A stretch of DNA of 64,000 nt from an uncultured Chlamydiae bacterium (lineage in GTDB: Bacteria; Chlamydiota; Chlamydiia; Chlamydiales; JAJFMB01), in the NCBI GenBank assembly GCA_963696295.1, contig CAVOJR010000001.1, positions 3,040,001-3,104,000 of the forward strand, written 5' to 3'. Numbering within the stretch: position 1 is the stretch's first letter; each line of letters starts with the position of its first letter. Below are positions 9,460 through 18,206 of the stretch, piece by piece. The notes under the pieces were generated by a model, which was not told the origin of the DNA, did not search any database, and saw only the letters and a program-made list of their open reading frames with translations. The position numbers and the translations under genes are program-made.

Positions 9460-10373
9460 TCCAGCCCTTTTTCAATCAGGAACAAGGCTGCTTCGTTGCT
9501 CATGACCTGGTCTAGAAACTTCATTTGAAAATCTGCGATTTCCCGAACATATACCGGTTTTGCATGTTCGATAGCCGTATAATGAACGCCAATATATTCG
9601 ATGCCGTCCCTTGAGAGACTTTCCAGCTCCTCAACATTTTTTCTTTTATCATCGATGAAGACGATTTTTTTGGGTTTTTTGTTGATGTGAGCGAGAAACG
9701 GCTCAAAAATATCAATTTTTTTATTAAAATCACCGACGAATAAAATGCCTTGAGTATAGAGCGTCGGGGTCGAAGAAGGGATGCTGAAGCTCTCTTTTGA
9801 AGGGGCGGTTGCGCTGAAGTCGAAGCCGAGAGAGGCGACTTGCCTTAAGGTAGAATCGATAACCGATGGCTGCCTGTGGGTCAACCCCATAATGACTACG
9901 CCTCTTTCTTGCAGTTGTAAAAGAGAAGGGACAAATTCCTCTTCCAAAGGTTTGACGCGGCTCGCTTTTTGCGTTTTAATCCAACCCGGATAGACGGCGC
10001 GAATGCCTTCTTCCCGGCTCATGCCCGCCTGCATCTTTTGCTGCAGTACATCATAGAACCAGTTGGCATGCCCCAGGGCTTGCGCCCCCTCGAAGAGGCA
10101 ATTATCCAGATCGACGAGGAACCAAGTCTCATTGTCGATCAGAGGGGTAACCTCTTCGATAAAGCGTGTTTCGACAATTTTCGCCTCCACAACGGATAAT
10201 GCGAGGAAAAAAACAGCCAATTTTATATACCCAAACAACCTCAAAATTTGGGATTTCGGCTTTGCCAAAGCCCCGGGATTCAACGATCGTAAACAGGTCC
10301 ATATTGACCTGTTTACGATCGATTGAATCGCGGGAGCTTTTGCTTTGCCGAAAACCGGTATAAATAAGCGCAT
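9456..10373 (-). CDS. DUF2608-like secreted HAD-fold protein, with an in-frame palindromic element in its signal peptide
   Basis: DLDNCL, GLTHR, IVFIDDK HAD motifs. ATG 10373 lies 1 nt after the upstream NUDIX stop. Confidence 0.8.
   Translation of the reverse strand: MRLFIPVFGKAKAPAIQSIVNRSIWTCLRSLNPGALAKPKSQILRLFGYIKLAVFFLALSVVEAKIVETRFIEEVTPLIDNETWFLVDLDNCLFEGAQALGHANWFYDVLQQKMQAGMSREEGIRAVYPGWIKTQKASRVKPLEEEFVPSLLQLQERGVVIMGLTHRQPSVIDSTLRQVASLGFDFSATAPSKESFSIPSSTPTLYTQGILFVGDFNKKIDIFEPFLAHINKKPKKIVFIDDKRKNVEELESLSRDGIEYIGVHYTAIEHAKPVYVREIADFQMKFLDQVMSNEAALFLIEKGLD
10226..10362. mobile_element. Palindromic MITE/RPE-like element with TA-flanked ends, in frame in the DUF2608-like gene
   Basis: TATACCCAAACAAC...CCGGTATA; perfect 16-bp inverted repeat 10284-10299/10306-10321; net 135 bp. 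Confidence 0.8.
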
Positions 10374-10374
10374 A

Positions 10375-10872
10375 CTATTTTGTTATTGATTTTGTGTTAT
10401 TACCATTTCTCCATTCGATATAATCGCTCAAAACTTGAGCGTGATCAAAAGCGAGCTCTTTCCATGGAATATCTTCCAGCTTAACAACGAACGCTTTTGC
10501 CGCATCATCGCCGGCCGTTGGCAGCTGATACGCTTTTGCCGTGTGAGCGACTTCCACCGAATGGTGCCTGAAGTCTCTTGCGGGATCGGAATAGACATGA
10601 AATTGTTTCAGGTCGGCAAGTTCCAGGTTAACTTCTTCCTTCATCTCCCTTCTGACGGCGTTTTCCACAGTCTCGCCATATTCCACCTTGCCTCCGGGAA
10701 TTGCCTTGCCGAAGGGCTCTTTGCCCCGTTCAATCAATACAATACCGAGGAATTGCCCCTCTTTATGGATCTCAATAATAGCAGTCGTAGTTAGGATCGG
10801 GGGCTTATGGGCCGCCAGGGGTGCGAGCACCAGAAAAAAAATAATACAAAAGAAATTGAAACTTCTTTTCAT
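10375..10872 (-). CDS. NUDIX hydrolase with predicted signal peptide
   Basis: PGGKVEYGETVENAVRREMKEEVNL Nudix box, SDPARD, LAFDH; N-terminus MKRSFNFFCIIFFLVLAPLAA. Confidence 0.9.
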   Translation of the reverse strand: MKRSFNFFCIIFFLVLAPLAAHKPPILTTTAIIEIHKEGQFLGIVLIERGKEPFGKAIPGGKVEYGETVENAVRREMKEEVNLELADLKQFHVYSDPARDFRHHSVEVAHTAKAYQLPTAGDDAAKAFVVKLEDIPWKELAFDHAQVLSDYIEWRNGNNTKSITK

Positions 10873-10941
10873 AATAAATCCTCATTTTAAGGGGAAAATT
10901 TTACCAAAAATAGGCAAATGGTGTCAAAGGAAAGCCATTTT

Positions 10942-11289
10942 TTACTTGCCTCCTAAACCTCTTGTGTCATAGAAGAGCTCAATCTTTGAGATGAGTCCTT
11001 CTCGAAAGCTCAATAGAGAAGCCGCCTGCAAATTTTTGGAAAGGCCGGGAATTTCTACCTCATAGACAATCATCGCTTGATCCTCTGAACCAAATTTGGC
11101 GCGGATTGTCAGAGTCTTAAAAATACCTGTAAATCCCTTCGCCGCTTTGAGGACCGCTTCTCTGCCGATTACTTTTTCCTGTGGATCGGTAAATTGAATA
11201 TCAGGGTGCAAATATTTTTTCACCTCTTCGATGTTTTTCTCTCCAAGAGCCGTGTAATAAGCTGCGCCTATAGCCTTTGTATCCATCAT
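10942..11289 (-). CDS. SnoaL/NTF2-like protein
   Basis: LHPDIQFTDP, GREAV, GLISKIELFYD pattern. Confidence 0.8.
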   Translation of the reverse strand: MMDTKAIGAAYYTALGEKNIEEVKKYLHPDIQFTDPQEKVIGREAVLKAAKGFTGIFKTLTIRAKFGSEDQAMIVYEVEIPGLSKNLQAASLLSFREGLISKIELFYDTRGLGGK

Positions 11290-11301
11290 CGTCTCCTCTG
11301 T

Positions 11302-11346
11302 TTGACAATCAAAATTGATTATAGTAGACTATATTCATTAAGTCAA
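11302..11346. promoter_or_regulatory. Overlapping divergent promoters with palindromic TetR-type operator
   Basis: Plus strand TTGACA(11302)-17-TAGACT; minus strand TTGACT-18-TATAAT; palindrome TATAGT-AG-ACTATA at 11320-11333. Confidence 0.65.
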
Positions 11347-11348
11347 TA

Positions 11349-11984
11349 GTGAGTTATATGTCAGAAATCAAAAAAAGACCTTACAAGTCAATATCCAGGA
11401 AGACTCAAGCAGCGCAAACAAGAGGCCGGATTCTTGGCGCTGCGAAAGACCTCTTTGAATCAGAGGGGTTTGAGTGTGTAACAATTGAAAAAATTGCTCA
11501 AGCCGCGGACGTTTCAATACCCACCATCTACTCGCTCTTTCAATCTAAGCGCGGCGTGCTTCGCGCCTTAATGGATGAGGCCCTTCCCGCGGATCAGTTC
11601 GAAGCCCTTGTAGAAAGGAGCATAAAGGCGAAATCGCCGCAAGAGCGCCTCCGTTTTTCAGCTAAAATCGCCCGTCAGATGTACGACGCTGAGAGGGCGC
11701 AAATGGATATTTTTCGAGGCGCAGCTGTTTTGGCTCCTGAGTTCAAAGAGCTCGAAAAAGAAAAAGAGATGCGCCGTTATAATCGGCAGGAAGTGACCAT
11801 AAAAGCGATGGCCAGGGAAAAATCCCTAGCGAAGGGGCTTAGCCAAACCAGGGCACGAGACATCTTATGGGCTTTTACCGGGCGCGATATGTATCGGATG
11901 TTTGTGGTAGAACAAGCATGGACATCTGAGGAATATGAGAAGTGGCTGGCACAGTTGCTCATCCGCACCTTGGTGGGTGAATAG
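11349..11984 (+). CDS. TetR/AcrR family transcriptional regulator
   Basis: ILGAAKDLF..GF..VTIEKIAQAADVSIPTIYSLF.SK HTH. Confidence 0.92.
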   Translation: MSYMSEIKKRPYKSISRKTQAAQTRGRILGAAKDLFESEGFECVTIEKIAQAADVSIPTIYSLFQSKRGVLRALMDEALPADQFEALVERSIKAKSPQERLRFSAKIARQMYDAERAQMDIFRGAAVLAPEFKELEKEKEMRRYNRQEVTIKAMAREKSLAKGLSQTRARDILWAFTGRDMYRMFVVEQAWTSEEYEKWLAQLLIRTLVGE

Positions 11985-11989
11985 TCTCT

Positions 11990-13486
11990 TCAAAAAGTTT
12001 TCAGCTTGGGAAATTTAGACCAGAGATGTTCATGTTCCTCAGAAGCTTGAAGCAGCCGAAAGCGCGAATTGCAGGCTCTTTCCGTTCGAACTACTATGTT
12101 GCCCTGGCTTAACTCTGCTGCCACTTTTGCCCAAACGATATGCTTTTCATGCATCCGTTTCTGAATGAGGGTGAGAAGCTGCCTATCTTCCTGATGGCTC
12201 CAACCCGGAAATTTTTTTGTCGCTTTGTACGCCGCTGCGGCTTTTAGTTTAGAACCTTGCAACACTTTATAGCGCGCAACACACGCCGTTCGACTGCGGA
12301 AAATGCCCTTGTGATGGAGTGCCTCCCGCAATTCCTCTGCCACTTTCTGCCACCCGATCAGAACCGATTTTTTCCCCTTCACGATATTTAGCAACTGATG
12401 ATCTTCCTTAGGCGTCCAAAAATTGTATTGAGCCTGCTTTGCCGCTTCTGCTGGAGGTTCGGTGGTTTGCCTATTCCTCTTTTCAGTGGCAGGGGCTGTT
12501 GTATTATCGGCAAGGGCGGTCAGCTCTTTCAACAAGCCTGGGCCCCTCTGCGCGGGAGGAGCCGACGCAAGGGAAACCCGTTTCTTCATTTCAGTGATAG
12601 GAGCTGCTGCACCATCGGCAAGGGCGGTCAGCTCTTTCAACAAGCCTTGGCCCCTCTGCGCGGGAGGAGCTGACGCAAGGGAAACCCGTTTCTTCATTTC
12701 AGTGATAGGAGCTGCTGCACCATCGGCAAGGGCGGCCAGCTCTTTCAACAAGCCTGAGCCCCTCTGCCTGGGAGGAGCTGACGCAAGGGAAACCCGTTTC
12801 TTCATTTCAGTGATAGGAGCTGCTGTACCATCGGCAAGGGCGGCCAGCTCTTTCAACAAGCCTGAGCCCCTCTGCCTGGGAGGAGCTGACGCAAGGGAAA
12901 CCCGTTTCTTCATTTCAGTGATAGGAGCTGCTGCACCATCGGCTAGAGCCGCCAGCTCTTTCAACAAGCCTGAGCCCCTCTGCCTGGGAGGAGCTGACAC
13001 AAGGGAAACCCGTTTCTTCATTTCAGTGATAGGAGCTGCTGTACCATCGGCTAGGGCCAACAAGCCTGAGCCCCTCGTCGGTTTGGCGGGAGTGGGCTCC
13101 TGAATTGGAGGGAGTGCCGCGGCCGGAGGCGCTGAATCATGTATTAAATATAAATCGACAGGGTCTTGTAAAGGGTCGCATAGGCCGCCCTCCTCTTCCC
13201 GCTTAAGGCTTGCCATAGATAAACTAGGATACTCGATATCCTCAAACAGTATGATTTCATTATTCCCGTTTGGAAAATCATGAGAATTAAGGGCATGATA
13301 GACATTCATCGGCGGCATGGGGTATAGGTTTTGTTGCCGGCCAAAATCTGTCCGAGCCGCCCAACCGTTGTGATTCTGCTGCAGGGCATACGAGGCAAGA
13401 TTTTGTTGCAAATAAAAATCTTGCTTTTCATCCCCTGTTGACTGGGAGTAATCTCTCGGATTGAATTTTCCTGCGTCGACTTGCAT
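11990..13486 (-). CDS. Repeat protein with two C-terminal Myb/SANT-like domains, candidate effector
   Basis: WTPKEDHQLL...W.KVA..L...RS..AC..RY and WSHQEDRQLL...WAKVA..L...RT..AC..RF; central 36-aa repeats. Confidence 0.7.
   Translation of the reverse strand: MQVDAGKFNPRDYSQSTGDEKQDFYLQQNLASYALQQNHNGWAARTDFGRQQNLYPMPPMNVYHALNSHDFPNGNNEIILFEDIEYPSLSMASLKREEEGGLCDPLQDPVDLYLIHDSAPPAAALPPIQEPTPAKPTRGSGLLALADGTAAPITEMKKRVSLVSAPPRQRGSGLLKELAALADGAAAPITEMKKRVSLASAPPRQRGSGLLKELAALADGTAAPITEMKKRVSLASAPPRQRGSGLLKELAALADGAAAPITEMKKRVSLASAPPAQRGQGLLKELTALADGAAAPITEMKKRVSLASAPPAQRGPGLLKELTALADNTTAPATEKRNRQTTEPPAEAAKQAQYNFWTPKEDHQLLNIVKGKKSVLIGWQKVAEELREALHHKGIFRSRTACVARYKVLQGSKLKAAAAYKATKKFPGWSHQEDRQLLTLIQKRMHEKHIVWAKVAAELSQGNIVVRTERACNSRFRLLQASEEHEHLWSKFPKLKTF
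12480..13075 (-). repeat. About 5.5 tandem copies of a 108-bp coding repeat
   Basis: GSGLLKELAALADGAAAPITEMKKRVSLASAPPRQR repeated; DNA period 108. Confidence 0.95.
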
Positions 13487-13808
13487 CTTAAATCAATAAA
13501 GTGTTTTTGTGGCAGGATATTAACACAGGCTGATATTAATAATCTAATTAAAAACAGAGGGCAGCGGCGGTATACTATTATTGGAGTCGAGGCAACTATT
13601 GTCGTCAAGAGAGGGTCTGCTTTAGGCAAGCCCTCCTCAGGGATAATTAGAGTTTAAAATCATTAATTAATTTTACAAGCTGGAGGGCAATCCGCTGTAA
13701 TGGTCAGAGCGCTCCGTGCAGTTCAGAGATTCTTTTTTTGAACGTCAAAGCTCCCGGGGTAAGTAACAGCTTGAATATATCTATACATATATGTTATTAT
13801 CTATCTAA

Positions 13809-14420
13809 ATGGATAGATTTCTTAAGATCGGCGAAGCCGCTAAAATATTAGGATGCAGCATAACAACCCTTAGGAGATGGGAAAAAGGTGGAACTCTTTT
13901 GCCCGATCGAAAAACAAAAGGAGGAACTCGCTACTACTCTCAGGGGAAGTTAATCAAAAAAAACCACCTCGAAACTGAATTGACATTGGGTTATGCGCGT
14001 GTATCCAGTCACGATCAAAAAGAGGATTTAGAACGGCAAAAAGAGGTACTTGCTTCATTTTGCCTGAAAAATGGATGGACATATGAAATCATAGCAGACC
14101 TCGGATCTGGGATGAATTATCGAAAAAAGGGACTTAAAACCCTTTTAGATGCCATTTTGGAAATAAAAATAAGGCGTTTAGTAGTTACACATAAAGATAG
14201 ACTGCTCAGATTTGGTGCAGAACTTATCTTTGCTCTCTGCGAAAACAAACAGATCGAAGTAGTGATCATTAATCAAGGGGAAGAAACCTCTTTTGAAGAG
14301 GAGCTCACCAAAGATGTCCTTGAAATTATTACTGTGTTTTCTGCAAGGTACGGAGCTAGAAGCCGGAAGAATAAAAAACTGATAGAAGCTGCAAAAATCC
14401 TGATTGATGATAGCCCCTGA
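13809..14420 (+). CDS. tnpA: IS607 family transposase (MerR-like HTH + serine recombinase)
   Basis: EAAKILG.SITTLRRWE, YARVSSHDQKEDLERQ, DRLLRFG. Confidence 0.95.
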   Translation: MDRFLKIGEAAKILGCSITTLRRWEKGGTLLPDRKTKGGTRYYSQGKLIKKNHLETELTLGYARVSSHDQKEDLERQKEVLASFCLKNGWTYEIIADLGSGMNYRKKGLKTLLDAILEIKIRRLVVTHKDRLLRFGAELIFALCENKQIEVVIINQGEETSFEEELTKDVLEIITVFSARYGARSRKNKKLIEAAKILIDDSP

Positions 14421-15925
14421 TGAGCAACATTACCTATCAAACACGCCTCAATCTTCTTGAAGACTCCTCCCAAAAATTGGGAGAATACGCTTTTTTATCG
14501 ACCAAAGTAAAACATCATCTCTTTAAAGACCTGATATTGAAGAAGGATCGCAATGAATTAAAGCGATCTTATTTGAAGGCGTTTAAAATTACAGCTCGTC
14601 AATATAATGCCTGCCTTGTGGAAGTCGAAGGAAAAATTGCCTCTATCATTGAGAGGACAAAAGTAAGGATTACTGAACTAAGCGAACAGATCAATTCTTT
14701 AAAAAAAACAATAAACAAATTCAAAAGGGATAAACACAAACTCCATAATAAAAAGAGGAAATTGCACAGTCTCGAGAATAAGATTAAACAACTTAAAAGC
14801 GATCTTAAAAATGGAAAAATACGCCTTTGTTTCGGTGGAAAGAGACTTTTCCATTCCCAATTTCATTTACATGAAAATGGTTACGCTTCTCATCAGGACT
14901 GGAAGCAGGATTGGGATAAGCAAAGAAATTCGGAATTCTTTGTTTTGGGATCCAAAGAGGAGACAGCCGGAAACCAGACATGTACTGCGAAAATCAATGA
15001 AGACGGCTCTTTTGATTTGCGCCTTAGACTTCCTGATGTGCTCCAGGAAAATGGCAAATACCTCATTATCCCTAATGTGCGTTTCAAATATGGACATGAC
15101 GTTATTCTTTCAAGTTTAAGATCTTGCCTCGAAAGAAAAAGCAGTGGTGATAAGTCGTTTGGAGTTGCTATCTCCTACCGATTTAAAAAAGACAAAAAAG
15201 GGTGGATACTCTTTCTAACAACCTCTCGAGCTCAACCGGAAAAGGTAACAAAAGAGGGTATAGGAGCCATTGGAGTCGATATTAATGCCAACCATTTGGC
15301 CTTCGCCGAGACAGATCGATTCGGGAATATCATCAATAAAGGAGTTCTCCCCTTAAATACTTATGGAAAGGACAAAAACCAAACTTTAGCTGTTATTGGG
15401 GATGTCTCTGCTCTGTTAGTTTCATTGGCAGTCGAAACAAAAAAGCCGATCATTCTTGAAAAGTTAGATTTTCAAAAGAAGAAGATGACTCTTAAAGAAG
15501 AGTCCAGCAAAAAGCAATCGAGACTCCTTTCCTCTTTTTGCTATCGAAAAATTCTTGAGCGATTGCAGTCAAGAGCCTGGGCGTCCGGTGTGAGTTGTTA
15601 TCTGGTCAATCCGGCTTTTACCTCGATAATCGGTTTTGTTAAATTTTCAAATAGGTACGGACTTTCAACACATCAAGCGGCGGCATTTTGTATTGCACGC
15701 CGCTATTTAGGATTTTCTGAAGAACCTCCCAAAGCCATATGTAAAATATCTGACGGCAAAAACTCCCAGGTCACTTTACGCCTACCTGTAAGGAATCGGC
15801 GCAAACATGTCTGGGTTGTTTGGGGATTAGTAAAACGGAAAGTACGAGTGGCGCTTGCAGCGCATTTCCAAACGATAAATAGTCGATCCTCTGATCCTCC
15901 TTTAAAAAATCGGTCAGTGAGATAG
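14420..15925 (+). CDS. tnpB: Long TnpB-related RuvC protein of the IS607 element
   Basis: IGVDIN (RuvC-I), IILEKL (RuvC-II), VNPAFTS, GLSTHQAAAFCIARR; translationally coupled to tnpA. Confidence 0.82.
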   Translation: MSNITYQTRLNLLEDSSQKLGEYAFLSTKVKHHLFKDLILKKDRNELKRSYLKAFKITARQYNACLVEVEGKIASIIERTKVRITELSEQINSLKKTINKFKRDKHKLHNKKRKLHSLENKIKQLKSDLKNGKIRLCFGGKRLFHSQFHLHENGYASHQDWKQDWDKQRNSEFFVLGSKEETAGNQTCTAKINEDGSFDLRLRLPDVLQENGKYLIIPNVRFKYGHDVILSSLRSCLERKSSGDKSFGVAISYRFKKDKKGWILFLTTSRAQPEKVTKEGIGAIGVDINANHLAFAETDRFGNIINKGVLPLNTYGKDKNQTLAVIGDVSALLVSLAVETKKPIILEKLDFQKKKMTLKEESSKKQSRLLSSFCYRKILERLQSRAWASGVSCYLVNPAFTSIIGFVKFSNRYGLSTHQAAAFCIARRYLGFSEEPPKAICKISDGKNSQVTLRLPVRNRRKHVWVVWGLVKRKVRVALAAHFQTINSRSSDPPLKNRSVR

Positions 15926-16237
15926 TATTTTTGGAAATTGTTGGTGAGATTCCAGCACACGAATCGTTAGCAAAACTGCTTGGCTGGCGTTCTCTCCTTT
16001 CTTCTCTTAAATGAGCAGATTTGGATAGATATTTAGGAGCGGTTTGAACATTGATTAATACAACCTTCCGATCTTCAAACCGCGGGGCTTTCACGCCAAA
16101 AAAAGTTTTAAAAGTTAAATGCCCAAAAAAAATATGGTAAAACGTAACATTTAGGCTCATTTATAACAACAGGAAAATGGCTATAAGATAGTAATTGAAA
16201 TAAATCATTAATTACAGTATTGTTTATTAAAAAACAG

Positions 16238-17215
16238 ATGGATTCTAAAATGGATATAAATAATTTAATTACCAACTCGATTTTTAACCCGGTTGCACCG
16301 AACTATAATTCAGTGTCTGATTTTAGAGATTTAAGTATACAAAATCGGATGATAACCATTTTTCTCACCTTTTTAGCAACGGTTGCTTCCCTGCCGATTT
16401 TAGGTTTAGGAGGTGTAGCTGCTTTTAGGGTCTTAGTTAATAATTTTTCTGCAAAAAAACTAGCTAAAGGCGATGATCCAAAGGTCGATAAAGTCACTGA
16501 TGTTGCCATTAAGATGATAGACCCTTCTAAAACAAAAAAAGACATTCTTGAGTTTATAAATAGAAATTATCAAGTAAAATACAAAAGTCCAAGCTTAGAA
16601 AATATAGAAGATGCTGAAATTTTTCTTTTGGATGATTTAACAGAGGAACAAAGACGCCTGAATTGCTTGTTTATCGATAGTTTTGCTGAGGAAGGAAGTG
16701 CATTGATGTTAGAGTCTGTTCCGGCTAATGAAGAAGTTGCCGCACTTCATCTTCAGGATAAATATTTAAAAAAGCCTATTAAAAGAGTGGGATGGGATTT
16801 AAGTGATAAAGAATTACATCATTTTACAGATAAAGGGGCCCAATTATTTGCAAAAACCCTTGAGCTATCTTGTAAAAAGCAACTGTTGCTTGATTTGAAT
16901 AAAGCAGTAGAAGCACAGCGGCTGCGTGACAAAATAGTTGCATTAACGGAAGAACTTTTAGCTTTAGAACCTGAATTTGTTCCCAATCTTCATGAGCATA
17001 TGGTTCAGAGCCATCCAAAAAGGGCTCAAAAATTGATGGAAACCCTAATAAAACAGGAAACAGAGGCAGGGCCGGGAAAAAGATTGTTTCTTATAGCGGG
17101 AAGCAAGCATCTTTTTAAAATTCAACCTAGTCTGGGGAATGACATTCATATTAATACGCTGCATGATTTTTTGAAATCGCGAAAAGCCGTGATTCTTTCC
17201 TCAGAAAAGAATTAA
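16238..17215 (+). CDS. Hypothetical protein, candidate effector (N-terminal hydrophobic segment + possible EreA/ChaN-like domain)
   Basis: Hydrophobic ITIFLTFLATVASLPILGLGGVAAF; LMLES, GWD, LFLIAGSKHL motifs; AT-rich. Confidence 0.55.
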   Translation: MDSKMDINNLITNSIFNPVAPNYNSVSDFRDLSIQNRMITIFLTFLATVASLPILGLGGVAAFRVLVNNFSAKKLAKGDDPKVDKVTDVAIKMIDPSKTKKDILEFINRNYQVKYKSPSLENIEDAEIFLLDDLTEEQRRLNCLFIDSFAEEGSALMLESVPANEEVAALHLQDKYLKKPIKRVGWDLSDKELHHFTDKGAQLFAKTLELSCKKQLLLDLNKAVEAQRLRDKIVALTEELLALEPEFVPNLHEHMVQSHPKRAQKLMETLIKQETEAGPGKRLFLIAGSKHLFKIQPSLGNDIHINTLHDFLKSRKAVILSSEKN

Positions 17216-17637
17216 ATAAGTCCAACCACCTGCGTGCGGATATATTTCATTTCGTGAGGTGAATGCGTTCTTTCATAGAATTGTTTTGTCATGTCTGTAC
17301 CGGCATTACTAAGAAAGATCTGGTTAGCCCCGGGATGATGCAGCTTAGTGATGATTTCGGAGACATTCAGCACACAATTGTCTACCACGACATAGCAATC
17401 TGTAGGGGTTTTATGCTTTTGAATTTCTTCCCAGGAAATCTTTGGTTTCCTCGCTAATTCTTCCGTGTACAGATCCCCGGCTTTGTATTGCTTGTCCTGT
17501 TTATCTTCGTTTTTTTGGTATGTCTTTCCAAAAATGGCGATTGCCCCAAGAGCCAAAATTAGCGGCGCTGCCAAAGCCCCTCCGCCCAATCGGTTCATCC
17601 CCCAATTCATCTCTGTAATAGACGATATAGCACTCAT
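17212..17637 (-). CDS. Cytochrome b5-like heme-binding protein with N-terminal membrane anchor
   Basis: ISWEEIQKH..DCYVVV..VLNV..HHPGA..AGTDMT..FY..HS; GGAGG SD. Confidence 0.85.
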   Translation of the reverse strand: MSAISSITEMNWGMNRLGGGALAAPLILALGAIAIFGKTYQKNEDKQDKQYKAGDLYTEELARKPKISWEEIQKHKTPTDCYVVVDNCVLNVSEIITKLHHPGANQIFLSNAGTDMTKQFYERTHSPHEMKYIRTQVVGLI

Positions 17638-17779
17638 TTAACCTCCTATCATTTATAATAATTATAGAGTTTAATATTTAAAAATAAATTAATATTTTAT
17701 AAAGATTTAAAATAATGATTTTTATTGATAATAATATAAATGCGATTTATAATTTCTTCTTTTTTTAAGGAGAATTATC

Positions 17780-18160
17780 ATGCAACCTTCAGTTTCATTT
17801 ACGCATCGTACTATGGATGCAAAGTTGGAATATTACAATTTTCCCGATGGAGAAGATAAGATAGTTTTTAAAACAAATTCTACCCCTCAACTCGTCCTGA
17901 CGCTGGAAAAAATCGATCGTATTTGTCCCGGCATGACGGTGGGAATAGAGCATTCTTTTGAGTGCGAAAGCTACCGCTACGAACACCTCCCCTCTTCCTG
18001 CTATCAGGTCCTCACTTTCACCAATGTCTGGCCCCAAACGCAAAAGCTGTACACTTATTGGAGCGATAATCCCACAAAGATATATACACATAAAATCATC
18101 AAAATTTATATTCCAAGTGATAAATCGCAACTGCCGCAAGTGATGGCCGGTCTAATGTAG
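17780..18160 (+). CDS. Hypothetical protein
   Basis: 126-aa ORF with AAGGAG SD; no motif recognised. Confidence 0.6.
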   Translation: MQPSVSFTHRTMDAKLEYYNFPDGEDKIVFKTNSTPQLVLTLEKIDRICPGMTVGIEHSFECESYRYEHLPSSCYQVLTFTNVWPQTQKLYTYWSDNPTKIYTHKIIKIYIPSDKSQLPQVMAGLM

Positions 18161-18206
18161 AAATGGTTCTTTGAAACATTTGGACCAAATGGTACCATAA
18201 TGCCCT

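Larger units (their letters stand above)
13760..16042 (+). mobile_element. IS607-family insertion sequence (serine-recombinase tnpA + tnpB)
   Basis: GG at both junctions; subterminal TATCTATC(T/C)AAAT at 13798-13810 and inverted at 16019-16031; rejoining the flanks rebuilds a palindrome. Confidence 0.85.

Noticed and set aside
12462..13103. Plus-strand repeat ORF, and a WH2 actin-binding reading of the 36-aa repeat
   Set aside because: The ORF is an antisense shadow. The spacing between LLxxL and MKKRV is too long for a canonical WH2.
15926..16220. CRISPR array beside the long TnpB (Cas12-like system)
   Set aside because: No direct repeats; the region is explained by the IS right end and the target palindrome.
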